NCBI GenBank assembly: GCA_048571215.1
Contig: CP182352.1
Span: 1,280,001 to 1,344,000, forward strand
Source: Halarcobacter sp.
GTDB taxonomy: Bacteria; Campylobacterota; Campylobacteria; Campylobacterales; Arcobacteraceae
Reading direction: 5' to 3'
Length of the DNA stretch: 64,000 nucleotides
The notes below the pieces were generated by a model. The model was given only the letters and a program-made list of their open reading frames with translations. It was not told the DNA's origin and made no database searches. This document shows positions 1 to 9,911 of this stretch, piece by piece. Position numbers and translations under genes: made by a program. Every line of letters begins with the position of its first letter. Positions within the stretch are counted from its first letter, which is position 1.

Positions 1-251
1 AAACAATATTAGGTTATGATAGTGTTAAAAATGCTAAACCTCACCCTGAAATGGTTTATAAAATATTAGATATTCACAATATAAAAAACACAAATGCTCA
101 ATTTATTGGAGATTCACACAAAGATATAATGGCTGCAAAAAATGCAGAAGTTGATTGGGTACTTGTAAACTGGGGATTTTCAAACCATGATGAACATGCA
201 ATTGAAGATATCAAAGAATTAGAGAAAAAGATATTTGATAAATTTAAATAA
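1..251 (+). CDS. HAD-superfamily hydrolase (phosphoglycolate phosphatase-like), 5' truncated by window
   Basis: Frame open from window start: ...SVKNAKPHPEM...FIGDSHKDIMAAKNA...VNWG (HAD motifs III/IV). Confidence 0.8.
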   Translation, partial: TILGYDSVKNAKPHPEMVYKILDIHNIKNTNAQFIGDSHKDIMAAKNAEVDWVLVNWGFSNHDEHAIEDIKELEKKIFDKFK

Positions 252-409
252 TGTTTGAAAAATTTAAAAAACTATTTAAAAAAGAGCAAACTTTTGAATG
301 TATAGTTTGGGATGGTAAAACTATGAGTTATCCCCATCTTACTCAAAAACAAATAGATGAGATAAATAGTTTAGAAAAATATAAAAACTGGAAGGTTATT
401 TTAAAATAA
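251..409 (+). CDS. Small hypothetical protein, 52 aa (not in ORF track)
   Basis: ATG overlaps the HAD stop (TAATG); translates MFEKFKKLFKKEQTFECIVWDGKTMSYPHLTQKQIDEINSLEKYKNWKVILK and fills the gap exactly to the tonB stop. Confidence 0.55.
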   Translation: MFEKFKKLFKKEQTFECIVWDGKTMSYPHLTQKQIDEINSLEKYKNWKVILK

Positions 410-1135
410 CTATACAAGTTTATAAGAGATTGGAACTTTTATTTTTATTGTTTTATTAACTTTAGGAAAATCTTTTGAGGCATTTATTATAGCTTTGATT
501 GAAGATTTGATTAGAAACCTATGTCCATCTATAGCTTTAATATTGATAACTTCACCTGTATTTAAAAGTTTAAATTCAACAATAACTTCACCTTGAATAT
601 TTAATCTTTTTGCTCTTTTGGGGTATTTGATATTTTGTTGAATTAGTTTTACTATCTCTTTTAAATGTTTTTCTAAATACTCTTTAGAATAATTTCTTAC
701 TACTTTTTTTTCTATAATCTCTTTTTCTTGTGTTGAATTTTCTTTTTCAACTAATCTTTCATCTATTTTTGTTTTTTCTTCAATCTTTTCTTCTACAACT
801 TTTTCGGGAATTTTTTTAGGTTTTAAAACTTTTTTTATTTTATCTTTTTTGACTAATTTTTTTACCTTTTTTGGTTTTTCTTTTATCTGTTTTTTTACAA
901 TTTTTTTCTCAATTTTTTTCTTTATTATCTTTTTTGTTTCAACTTTTTTCTCTTTTTGATTTTTTACTTTTTTCTCTTGGGGTACTATATATACTTGATT
1001 TAGTGAGATTAGTTTTTTATTATCTTCTACTTTTACTTTTTTTATAGAATCTAAGTTTAGTATAATAGTTACAAAAATTATACTATATAATACAAGTGTT
1101 AAGCTAAAGGACTTAAGGTATCTTTTTTTAGTCAT
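410..1135 (-). CDS. tonB: Energy transducer TonB
   Basis: N-terminal TM, Lys/Glu-rich linker, C-terminal YPKRAKRLNIQGEVIVEF motif; follows exbBD. Confidence 0.9.
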   Translation of the reverse strand: MTKKRYLKSFSLTLVLYSIIFVTIILNLDSIKKVKVEDNKKLISLNQVYIVPQEKKVKNQKEKKVETKKIIKKKIEKKIVKKQIKEKPKKVKKLVKKDKIKKVLKPKKIPEKVVEEKIEEKTKIDERLVEKENSTQEKEIIEKKVVRNYSKEYLEKHLKEIVKLIQQNIKYPKRAKRLNIQGEVIVEFKLLNTGEVINIKAIDGHRFLIKSSIKAIINASKDFPKVNKTIKIKVPISYKLV

Positions 1136-1512
1136 TGTTTTTTAGTTATGATTGATATATTGTTAAAATCGTTTGATTTTAAAACATCTAATACTTTTAC
1201 AAATATTTCAAAATCAGCCTCTTTATCACTTTTTATAAAAACATGGGAATTTTTGTCAAAATTTTCAAATTTTGCAATTAGTTCATCTGTTGATATGTTT
1301 ATACCCTCATAATATATAGTATTGTCTTTTTTTATAACAATAGTATGATCTTTTAACTCTTTCAATTTAGTTGAACTTTCTGCTTTAGCCAATGATATAG
1401 GTATCTCTCCCTTTGTTATAAAAGTTGTAGTTAATAAAACTATTGCTAAAAGTACAAGTAATACATCAATAAATGGTATTACATTTATAGAGTTAAATTT
1501 CTGTAGCTTCAT
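1132..1512 (-). CDS. exbD: Biopolymer transport protein ExbD
   Basis: INVIPFIDVLLVLL motif. Confidence 0.92.
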   Translation of the reverse strand: MKLQKFNSINVIPFIDVLLVLLAIVLLTTTFITKGEIPISLAKAESSTKLKELKDHTIVIKKDNTIYYEGINISTDELIAKFENFDKNSHVFIKSDKEADFEIFVKVLDVLKSNDFNNISIITKKQ

Positions 1513-1921
1513 CGTACTTACTCTCTATTACTTCTATAAATCTAGCTAAGACATTATAAAAAATTTGAGATAGTATAGCCACAACAAGACCTGCAGCTGT
1601 TGCTTTTAAGGCTAAAGCTAGAGAAGCCATGATTTTTGTTGCAACTATATCATTACTACTCATTGTCATAAAAGTTAACATAATTGCTAAAACAGTACCT
1701 AGTAAGCCAATATAAGGTGCATTTGAAGCAATGGTACCTATAATAGATAGATGTTTTGTTAAGCTTATCTCCAATGATTTTTTACTTTTATAAGAATCAA
1801 TTTGAATAGTTTTTAAAAATATCAATCTTTCAATAAAAAACCAAACAGATATAAAACTCATAAAAATCAAAAGAGCAATTACTCCATAGTCAACAATTGT
1901 TTTTAATAACTCAATATCCAT
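1493..1921 (-). CDS. exbB: TonB-system energizer ExbB
   Basis: ASNAPYIGLLGTV and ALKATAAGLVVAI MotA/TolQ/ExbB motifs. Confidence 0.92.
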   Translation of the reverse strand: MDIELLKTIVDYGVIALLIFMSFISVWFFIERLIFLKTIQIDSYKSKKSLEISLTKHLSIIGTIASNAPYIGLLGTVLAIMLTFMTMSSNDIVATKIMASLALALKATAAGLVVAILSQIFYNVLARFIEVIESKYDEATEI

Positions 1922-3342
1922 TAGTTTCCTTTTTTAATCATTTGTGTATGATTATGCCCTCGTTTTTGCATTCCATACTCTTTAAATACATATATTTTAT
2001 AAAGATTTAATCCCAAGTAGAAAAATATAAGTATCGAAGCAAAGAAAAATCCTAATATTTTTTTCATTTTGCTACTATTTATCAGTTTTATTCGACCATA
2101 CATAATAATTAAAGCCCAAATAATCCCCACATAATTAAATAAAGAAAATATATGAACCCATGCATCTCTTCTAGTTGCCAAAGGTTTTAGATATTCTATA
2201 TTTAGATTAAAGCCATATATAAATCCATTTACAGTATCACTTGCATAATGATAAAAGAAAAACTCCCAAAGATGTGATAATCCACCAATTATAAATAAAG
2301 GTGCAAAAGCAAACCCAAGAGAGTAAAAAGCTTTTTTAAATTCAATATCCATTATTTTTGAGGCTAAAAATATTCCACCAGAAGCTAATGCTAAAGTGAT
2401 TATTATTGCATAAGAAAAAGCAACTAGACCCACTGTATCAATTGATCCAAAGTTAATAAAATTCTCAAGGTATCTTGCAGTTTTAACCCAAAAGAACTCC
2501 TCCATAATAGCACTTCTACCTAAGGCATGATGAAAACTCATAGTTAAAGAAATTGCACCTGTAATTAGCAAAATAATCCAAACCTCTGATTTATAAGATT
2601 TAAACTTTTTAAATAAAGAAGAAGATGGTGTTTTTACTTTAAAACTAATTGCCTCACAAGAGTTTGCACAATCCATGCATAAAGTACAATCCTCCATAGA
2701 GTTTTTTTTATTAAAAGTAAAAGGCTTTAAGTTATATGAACATGCCTTTGCACAATCAAAAGTTTTACATTCTTTACAAGAATTATCATAAGAGCCTAAC
2801 CATGTAAAGCCAACCTTTGAAAATGCCTTTGTTAAAACACCTATTGGACATAAACTTTTACAATATTGCATATCTTTATATAAAAAGAAAAATACAATTG
2901 CATAATTAGTAAGGATTAAAAAGAACATTGCAGTTGCATATGGTGTTTTATATATATTTGGATACATATAATAAACTAACCACCATCCTAAAATTAGCAA
3001 TAATCCACCAATCATAGGGTTTTTTAGAAACTGTGGGGCAACTTTATTTAATCCAACTTTACTAATATATTTACCTAAAAATCCATGGGGACAAACTCCA
3101 CAAAAGATTTTTCCAAAAGAACCTAATGTTACAACCATAAAAAATGGCCAAAATAAACTCCAAAAAAGTGCAGTTGTAAAGATATTTTCATTTGTTTGAT
3201 TATAAAACCCTAAAAAGATTGCATAAAAAAACAAAAATAAAATACAGATTCTAAATAAAAGTAAAAATTTAGAATTTTTAAACAAAAATTTCAACACAGG
3301 TATTTTAAAAATATCATTATTGTCTCTTACAAAATTTACCAT
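1921..3342 (-). CDS. Polytopic membrane 4Fe-4S-binding protein (NapH/MauN-like Cys motifs), paralog 1
   Basis: FCGVCPHG, YCKSLCPIG, CKECKTFDCAKAC, CTLCMDCANSC; many TM segments. Confidence 0.8.
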   Translation of the reverse strand: MVNFVRDNNDIFKIPVLKFLFKNSKFLLLFRICILFLFFYAIFLGFYNQTNENIFTTALFWSLFWPFFMVVTLGSFGKIFCGVCPHGFLGKYISKVGLNKVAPQFLKNPMIGGLLLILGWWLVYYMYPNIYKTPYATAMFFLILTNYAIVFFFLYKDMQYCKSLCPIGVLTKAFSKVGFTWLGSYDNSCKECKTFDCAKACSYNLKPFTFNKKNSMEDCTLCMDCANSCEAISFKVKTPSSSLFKKFKSYKSEVWIILLITGAISLTMSFHHALGRSAIMEEFFWVKTARYLENFINFGSIDTVGLVAFSYAIIITLALASGGIFLASKIMDIEFKKAFYSLGFAFAPLFIIGGLSHLWEFFFYHYASDTVNGFIYGFNLNIEYLKPLATRRDAWVHIFSLFNYVGIIWALIIMYGRIKLINSSKMKKILGFFFASILIFFYLGLNLYKIYVFKEYGMQKRGHNHTQMIKKGN

Positions 3343-3350
3343 TTTTATTC

Positions 3351-5450
3351 CTAAAATTTATAGGCATATGTAAACATAAAACTTCTTGGACTTGCAGCCT
3401 TATATGTTTCATTTCCATATACATCTTTTGTTGCTTCCATAGCATAGTGTTTATCAAAAACATTGTTTACATTTAATTGTATTGAGTGATTGTTTTTTTC
3501 ATATCCCAACATTAAGTCTGTAACTAAGTTAAAACCTTCATATTTTTGTGTATTTGCATTATCCATATAATAACTTCCATAGGTTTTAGTTGTAACTCTT
3601 GATTTAAAACCATTTGGCATATTGTATGCTGCATATAGTGAATACTGGTTTTTAGGGATATAAGGTAGATAGTTTCCATCTCTTGACACTAAAGCTCCCA
3701 TAACTGATTCATTAAATTTTTTAAATTTAAAATTACTATAGGCATATGCAGCACCAACTTGTAAACTTTTATTAACATCATATGTAATATTAAACTCTAA
3801 ACCTTTTTTTCTTGTTTCTCCTGCATTGTCATATATAGAATTGCCATTTGCATCTTTTATTTGTATTATTTCATCTTCTACATTGTTTTGAAAAAGTGCT
3901 AAATCATAAGAGATGTTTTTGGCTCTTGTTTTTAGACCAATTTCATAATTATAACTATTTGATTTATCTAAAGAGGAGTTGTCTCCTAATTCACTTGTTG
4001 TTGGTGCTTGATTTGCATAAGCAATTGATGTATAAATATTTGTAAAATCACTTAGAGCATAAGTTGTACCAAATTTAAACGACATAAGTGTAAATGACTT
4101 ATCAATTGAGTATACACCAGCACCAGCAACATAGTTTTTAGTTTTATAGTCATATGTTGTTATCTCATTACCATTTAAATCGAAACTTAATTTATCTATT
4201 CTAGTACTTAAATCTATTGATAATTTTTTTGTTGGTTTAAAACTTTCCATTAAATATCCACCGTAAAGGGTGGTCTTAGTATCTTCTGTAGATGCTAATG
4301 CACCTATATTATTTGAAAGTGTTTTACTAATATATGGACTAAATGGCCAAGAAGTTGCCATTGCAGTTTGATAATCTTTATATTGATATTTTTTTGCATT
4401 ATTTGTACGATCTTGTTTTAGTGTAATTCCACCTACAAACATTGCATCATTTGAAAATAATTTATGAGATATATTAAACTCTAAATCAGAACCAAAGACT
4501 TTATTATCATCACTATCATTTATAAGTCCTGTTACAGGGTGAAAGTGTTCCCAACTATTAAAATAAATTCTTGGCTTTAATAATATATCCCCTATCTCTT
4601 TCTCATATTTTGAGTTGAAAGATAAAATTTTTGAATCTCTTGCACTATTTTGCCATTGGTATGAAGTATTATGCTGTTTTCCTGTATTTTTAAATATTTC
4701 AAACTCGGCTTTTGTCATTGATGTAGGTAGATTCATATTAGATTCAGTATATGCAAGTTCATTTTCTATACTTGAGTCATCATCAAAAATATGTCCATAT
4801 TTTAAACTAAGTTGTGTTGAATCAAAATCATTATTATCTCTCCAAGAGTTATCAATGGTTCTACTACTAAAAGTTAATGATGCAAAATTGTTATCATCTA
4901 AAGCTTTTCTAACTTTTAAATTAATATTTTTTTGTCCATCATCTCCTATACCAAGTTTTATTCTATTTTTTGATTCTTCAAATACTGATTTTGTAATAAG
5001 TTGAATTACACCACCTGTTGTATTTACAGCGTTTATAGAACCAGGTCCTTTTTGAACCTCAATACTCTTTACATCTTGCATATCTATATAGTCAAACCTA
5101 GTAAATGAATCAGGGTCAGTCATAGGCACCCCATCTTTCATTACCATTATTTCTCTTACACCATATCTAGCCTTTAACCCTGCACCTCTTATGATTAATC
5201 TTGGACTTGGTGTATTTGATGAAGATTGTGCTATAACTCCAGGAATATTTTCTATAGCTTGTTGAATATTTAAAATATTTTTATCATCTATTGTTTTTTC
5301 GTCTACTACAGCTATACTTTGACTGACTTCTTTTGTACTTTTTTGTATTTTTGTTGCTGTAACTGACATTTGATCTAATACAATAGTATCACTTGCATAA
5401 ATGTTAGTAGCCATTAATATTGCTGTAATAATAGATAATCTACTCTTCAT
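3351..5450 (-). CDS. TonB-dependent outer-membrane receptor
   Basis: Signal peptide, TonB box-like MSVTAT, plug (IEVQKGPGS...GGVIQLIT), C-terminal YAYKF. Confidence 0.92.
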   Translation of the reverse strand: MKSRLSIITAILMATNIYASDTIVLDQMSVTATKIQKSTKEVSQSIAVVDEKTIDDKNILNIQQAIENIPGVIAQSSSNTPSPRLIIRGAGLKARYGVREIMVMKDGVPMTDPDSFTRFDYIDMQDVKSIEVQKGPGSINAVNTTGGVIQLITKSVFEESKNRIKLGIGDDGQKNINLKVRKALDDNNFASLTFSSRTIDNSWRDNNDFDSTQLSLKYGHIFDDDSSIENELAYTESNMNLPTSMTKAEFEIFKNTGKQHNTSYQWQNSARDSKILSFNSKYEKEIGDILLKPRIYFNSWEHFHPVTGLINDSDDNKVFGSDLEFNISHKLFSNDAMFVGGITLKQDRTNNAKKYQYKDYQTAMATSWPFSPYISKTLSNNIGALASTEDTKTTLYGGYLMESFKPTKKLSIDLSTRIDKLSFDLNGNEITTYDYKTKNYVAGAGVYSIDKSFTLMSFKFGTTYALSDFTNIYTSIAYANQAPTTSELGDNSSLDKSNSYNYEIGLKTRAKNISYDLALFQNNVEDEIIQIKDANGNSIYDNAGETRKKGLEFNITYDVNKSLQVGAAYAYSNFKFKKFNESVMGALVSRDGNYLPYIPKNQYSLYAAYNMPNGFKSRVTTKTYGSYYMDNANTQKYEGFNLVTDLMLGYEKNNHSIQLNVNNVFDKHYAMEATKDVYGNETYKAASPRSFMFTYAYKF

Positions 5451-5474
5451 TTAAATCCTTAAATTTTTATTAGG

Positions 5475-5528
5475 ATTTTAAACTAAAATTGTTAATTAAT
5501 AATTAATTATTTGTTAATTATTTGTTAA
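5475..5528 (-). promoter_or_regulatory. Putative promoter: -10 TAAAAT plus 11-bp-phased TTGTTAA boxes
   Basis: TTGTTAA (+ strand) at 5489, 5511, 5522 with a degenerate copy at 5500; -10-like hexamer at 5475-5480. Confidence 0.55.
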
Positions 5529-5593
5529 ATTAGATTTTTTAGATTTAAAATAAAAGTAAAACAATAACTCTAAAATTAATAATTATTAAAAAT

Positions 5594-7042
5594 TTAATGT
5601 TTATTTTCTATCTGTTTTTTCATAACAAGACTTTTATGCTTGTCATTTGTTTTTTTCATTACGCCATAGGTCTTAAATACATAACCTGTATAAAAGGTTA
5701 ATCCCATATAAAAAATTATTACTAGTGAAGCAAAAGGAAATGCAAGCACCTTTAAGTTAGTTTTACAATCCAGTAATTTTAGTCTTCCAATCATAATTAT
5801 AAAAGCCCAAATATAAGCTATATGATTAAAAATTTTAAATACAAGAACCCATTTATCAGCCCTTGAGGCAAGTGGTTTAATATATTCATAATTTAATGAA
5901 AAGGCTTGAATAAAACCATTAACAATATTTGATGCTGTGTGATAGAAAAAAAACTCTAAAATATGTCCTAATCCACCAATTATAAACAAAGGAGTCAATG
6001 CATACCCTAGTGTATAAAACACTTTCTCATAAGACAAATTCATGATTTTTGAGGCAATATACATCCCTATAACACTTAAAGCAATAACAAAAATAAAAGA
6101 GTATATTAGAACAAATAAATTGTCAATATTAATAGAAAATTCTATTGGGAATATCTCTTTAAAATATTTACTAGTTTTTGCCCAGATAAACTGATCTGCA
6201 ATTGCACTTCTTCCTAAAGCATGACTAAAAGTCATACCAAAAGATAAAATAGCCGTGATAAAAATCAGTGCCCAAACCTCTACTTTATTTATTTTAAATT
6301 TACTAAAAAGTGTAGATGAGGGTTTTTTTAAATTAAAGGCAATATTATCACATGATGAAGTGCAATCCATACATAAAGTACAATCTTCCATTGAACTCTT
6401 TTTATTGAAGGTAAATGGCTTTAAATTATAGCTACATGATTTTGCACAATCAAATGTTTTACATGTGGAACACCCCTCTTTATATGATTCTAATTTTGTA
6501 AAAGATATTTTTGAAAATACCTTTGTTATTGTTCCTATTGGACAAAAATTTTTACAATAGACCATCTCATCAAAGATAAAATATATCACAATTGCAAAAA
6601 GAGTTAATATTGTAAATAAAATTGCTGTACTTTTAGGCTCTCTAAAAATTCCAGGAAAGATAAATATTAGTAGCCAATAACTTAAGATCAATATTGTTAA
6701 ACCAATAAATGGATTAGCAAATTTTTTTGGTAAGCTCTTTTTTAGACCAAATTTAGTTATATATTTTCCAATAAAACCATGGGGACATATTCCACAAAAT
6801 ATCCTACCAAATGTAGAAAGTGTAACTACCATAAATAATGGCCAAAACAAGCTCCAAAATAAACTTGTAGTAAAAATATTATCTTTTTTGATTGGATACA
6901 AATATCCATATATTATTGCATAAATAAATAATGATAATATTATAGTCTTAAGTATTAAAATAAATTTTTGATTAGAAAAAATAAATTTTAATACAGGAAT
7001 TGACAAGATATCATTAGATGCTCTACTAATTATTTTTTTCAT
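5594..7042 (-). CDS. Polytopic membrane 4Fe-4S-binding protein, paralog 2
   Basis: Same Cys motifs as 1921-3342; shared stretches LFWSLFWP, CSYNLKPFTFNKK, MEDCTLCMDC, HALGRSAI. Confidence 0.8.
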   Translation of the reverse strand: MKKIISRASNDILSIPVLKFIFSNQKFILILKTIILSLFIYAIIYGYLYPIKKDNIFTTSLFWSLFWPLFMVVTLSTFGRIFCGICPHGFIGKYITKFGLKKSLPKKFANPFIGLTILILSYWLLIFIFPGIFREPKSTAILFTILTLFAIVIYFIFDEMVYCKNFCPIGTITKVFSKISFTKLESYKEGCSTCKTFDCAKSCSYNLKPFTFNKKSSMEDCTLCMDCTSSCDNIAFNLKKPSSTLFSKFKINKVEVWALIFITAILSFGMTFSHALGRSAIADQFIWAKTSKYFKEIFPIEFSINIDNLFVLIYSFIFVIALSVIGMYIASKIMNLSYEKVFYTLGYALTPLFIIGGLGHILEFFFYHTASNIVNGFIQAFSLNYEYIKPLASRADKWVLVFKIFNHIAYIWAFIIMIGRLKLLDCKTNLKVLAFPFASLVIIFYMGLTFYTGYVFKTYGVMKKTNDKHKSLVMKKQIENKH

Positions 7043-7050
7043 CTATTAAC

Positions 7051-8937
7051 CTAAAATTTAAAACTCATACCAGTGTAAAAGTATCTTTCACCTGGGTCGT
7101 TTGGAGTACCTCTCGATGTCATATTATATGGCATTTTTTTATTTTGGATATTATCAACGCCAATAAAAAAATTTGTTTTATCATTGAAGTCATAATCTAT
7201 TTTTAAATCTGCAACTGTATAATTTGAATTTACATCCACTCTACTCTCATTTGTTCCATAATAATCATCCATTTTTCTGATATTTAAGTATATACCATAT
7301 TTATTAACTTCATATGCTAAATTTAATTTATAAGAGATTCTTGCACTACCGGTTAACCTTTTATTTGTTGATTCATCATTTGTATCTAAATATTCTATAC
7401 CTGATGTAATCATAAAGTTATCATTCATTTTATAGTTAACTGATAACTCAGTACCATTTATTTGTGCTTTATCAATATTTTTATAAGAGGTATATGATGT
7501 TAATCCTACAGTACTTACGGTATACGAGTTGATTAGATTTTCTAGATTTGATCTATGATGTACTAACTCAATTGCTAAATTATCTAAATTGTATGCAAGT
7601 GCAAACTCATATGTTTTTGATTCTTCTGGCTTTAAGTTTTTATTTCCTGATATATCATAAACAACAGGACCTGCTGATCTTATAAAATGACTATACATAT
7701 TAGTAAAACTTGGTGCTTTAAACGCCGTACCATAACTTGTTCTAAAACTAAAATTTGAATACTTATACATTAAAGATAGTTTTGGATTTACTGAACTACC
7801 AAAATCATTAAAATTGTCGTATCTTATACCCATATTACTTGTTAGTGAATCTGTAATATTATATTCATTTTGATAGAGTGCAAAAAAATTATCTCGTGAA
7901 GCACTTTGTGTATACATTGAAACTTTTATGTCGTCATTTTTATACCCTAAACCTATAATATTTATCATTTCATCTGTAGTAAAATGCCTTAAGTAGTTAT
8001 TAAATTCCAGTTGTTTATAATCAGTTTTTTCTTTACCACTTCCTCTATTTACCTCTGCATCACTATAACCGTAACCTAAACTAGTATCAAATATATAGTT
8101 TTTATCTACATGATTATAGTTTGATGAAAATTGATATCTATCCTCTTTTTCATAGGTTTTTGTATTGGCATAGTTTCTACCAAAATCATCTTGATTTGAG
8201 TACTCAAAGTTATTTGTTAACCTATTATTATCATCAATTTTGATTGTATGTCCATAGTTAATGAATTTTCTATTTTCATTTTTTAAATCTGTACTAACTT
8301 GAGATTTATCTTCTCTATAATCATCTTTTTTTCTTAATTCAATAGAATAGTTATGTATAATATTAGATATTGTTTTACTTCCGCTTAATTTAGTAATAGC
8401 AGTACCTCTTTGTCCATTTTCTGCAATTCCAGTTAATATAGTGAGTTTATTATAATCTTTAATATTGTCTTTTTTTGTAATAATATTTATAACACCAGCA
8501 ATTGCATCTGCCCCATAAATAGTAGACATAGGACCTCTAACTATCTCAATTCTTTCAATATCTTCTAATTGAATTGATGTTAAATCAGATGAACCATATT
8601 TACCTGTCCTTCTTAAACCATCTACTAAAATAAGTGTATGGGAACTGTTAAAACCTCTTATACTAACAGAAGATGTACTACCTCCATCTTTTACAGTTAC
8701 TCCTAATGCTTGATTAATCAATTGAGGAACACTTAAGGAATAACTTTTTTCTATAGTCTTTTTATCTATTACTTGAATACTTGCTTGTACATCTTCAATC
8801 TCTTGCTGATCCCCTAAAGATGTTGTAGATACTAATACTTTATCTAGGCTATATGTTTTTACATTATCTGCATACAATAGTGAGCTTGAATTTACTATTA
8901 GTAGTGCAGCAGTAATTATAGAATACTTTAAATTCAT
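7051..8937 (-). CDS. TonB-dependent outer-membrane receptor (CirA/BtuB-like plug)
   Basis: IERIEIVRGPMSTIYGADAIAGVINIITK; LKPEES; C-terminal Phe. Confidence 0.92.
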   Translation of the reverse strand: MNLKYSIITAALLIVNSSSLLYADNVKTYSLDKVLVSTTSLGDQQEIEDVQASIQVIDKKTIEKSYSLSVPQLINQALGVTVKDGGSTSSVSIRGFNSSHTLILVDGLRRTGKYGSSDLTSIQLEDIERIEIVRGPMSTIYGADAIAGVINIITKKDNIKDYNKLTILTGIAENGQRGTAITKLSGSKTISNIIHNYSIELRKKDDYREDKSQVSTDLKNENRKFINYGHTIKIDDNNRLTNNFEYSNQDDFGRNYANTKTYEKEDRYQFSSNYNHVDKNYIFDTSLGYGYSDAEVNRGSGKEKTDYKQLEFNNYLRHFTTDEMINIIGLGYKNDDIKVSMYTQSASRDNFFALYQNEYNITDSLTSNMGIRYDNFNDFGSSVNPKLSLMYKYSNFSFRTSYGTAFKAPSFTNMYSHFIRSAGPVVYDISGNKNLKPEESKTYEFALAYNLDNLAIELVHHRSNLENLINSYTVSTVGLTSYTSYKNIDKAQINGTELSVNYKMNDNFMITSGIEYLDTNDESTNKRLTGSARISYKLNLAYEVNKYGIYLNIRKMDDYYGTNESRVDVNSNYTVADLKIDYDFNDKTNFFIGVDNIQNKKMPYNMTSRGTPNDPGERYFYTGMSFKF

Positions 8938-8961
8938 TTATTTCCTTAAAATTTTTTTTGT

Positions 8962-8997
8962 ATTCTAAATTAATTTTGTTAATTTATTGTTAATTTA
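8962..8997 (-). promoter_or_regulatory. Putative promoter: -10 TAGAAT plus tandem TTGTTAATTTA repeats
   Basis: TTGTTAA at 8976 and 8987; same offsets from the start codon as at the 5450 receptor. Confidence 0.55.
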
Positions 8998-9041
8998 TTA
9001 TTTTAAGTTATATATAAGTTAATTATTAATTATATGTGAAA

Positions 9042-9911
9042 TTAGGGGGTTTCTATAAGATTTTTTAGATTTAAAATAAAAGTATTTCCATGTTCTGAAG
9101 GTTCTATTTTTATTATGATTTTGTTTTTATCACAAAACTCTTTTACTATATTTAAGCCAAGTCCAAAACCATTTTTTGAACTATCTTCTTGAAAATATTT
9201 TTCAAAGATTATAAAAAGATTCTTTGTATCTATCTCTTTTCCTGTATTGTATATAGATAGGTTTGAATTTTTGAACTTTATTTCAATTACGCCATTTTCA
9301 GATAAATTATATTTTAAAGCATTTGATATAAGGTTATCTATCACTTTTTCAAAACCATTTATATCACTTTTTATAAAAATAGTATCTACATCAACACTGA
9401 TTTTTATGTCTCTTTTTATATCTTCAAATTTATTTAAACTTTTTTCAATTAATTCTTTTAGATTAAAAGTTGTGATATCTACCCTATCTATCTCTTTTTT
9501 TATTTGATATTCCATATTCTCATAGAGTTTAAGAAGTTCATTGGATGCTAGTTTTATTCTATTTAATCTTGTTAGTGCTTTATCATCTGTGATTTTCTTT
9601 TCTAACATTTGGGTATTTAGATTAATAGTTGATATTGGTATATTAAGTTCATGTATAGTTTCTTTTACAGTTTTTTGAAGTTTTTGATCACTTTCAAAAA
9701 TTGGCTCAAAAATTGATTTACTCAAAAAAAGATAAAAAATTAAACAAACAATTAAAACTGTAAGGGTTATTACCATAAAGGTATCTTGATTGAAACCAAA
9801 AATTGATGTTAGAAAATAGTTTAATATAAGTGCTAAGAGTATCACAAATACAACTATAATAGAATTACTAATTAAAAAATTCTTTTTTTTATAATTCAAG
9901 TTTGTAACCAA
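9042..9911 (-). CDS. Two-component sensor histidine kinase with two TMs and a very short loop
   Basis: H-box HELNIP, N-box NLISNALKY, G2 GFGLGL. Confidence 0.9.
   Translation of the reverse strand: MVTNLNYKKKNFLISNSIIVVFVILLALILNYFLTSIFGFNQDTFMVITLTVLIVCLIFYLFLSKSIFEPIFESDQKLQKTVKETIHELNIPISTINLNTQMLEKKITDDKALTRLNRIKLASNELLKLYENMEYQIKKEIDRVDITTFNLKELIEKSLNKFEDIKRDIKISVDVDTIFIKSDINGFEKVIDNLISNALKYNLSENGVIEIKFKNSNLSIYNTGKEIDTKNLFIIFEKYFQEDSSKNGFGLGLNIVKEFCDKNKIIIKIEPSEHGNTFILNLKNLIETP

Noticed and set aside
750..1050. Low-complexity T-rich tract
   Set aside because: Encodes the normal Lys/Glu-rich TonB linker.
3848..5004. Plus-strand ORFs inside the TonB receptor, and similar antisense ORFs across the window (e.g. 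14905-15285, 47282-48301, 54442-54852, 63720-63956)
   Set aside because: Shadow frames opposite well-supported genes, with no motifs.
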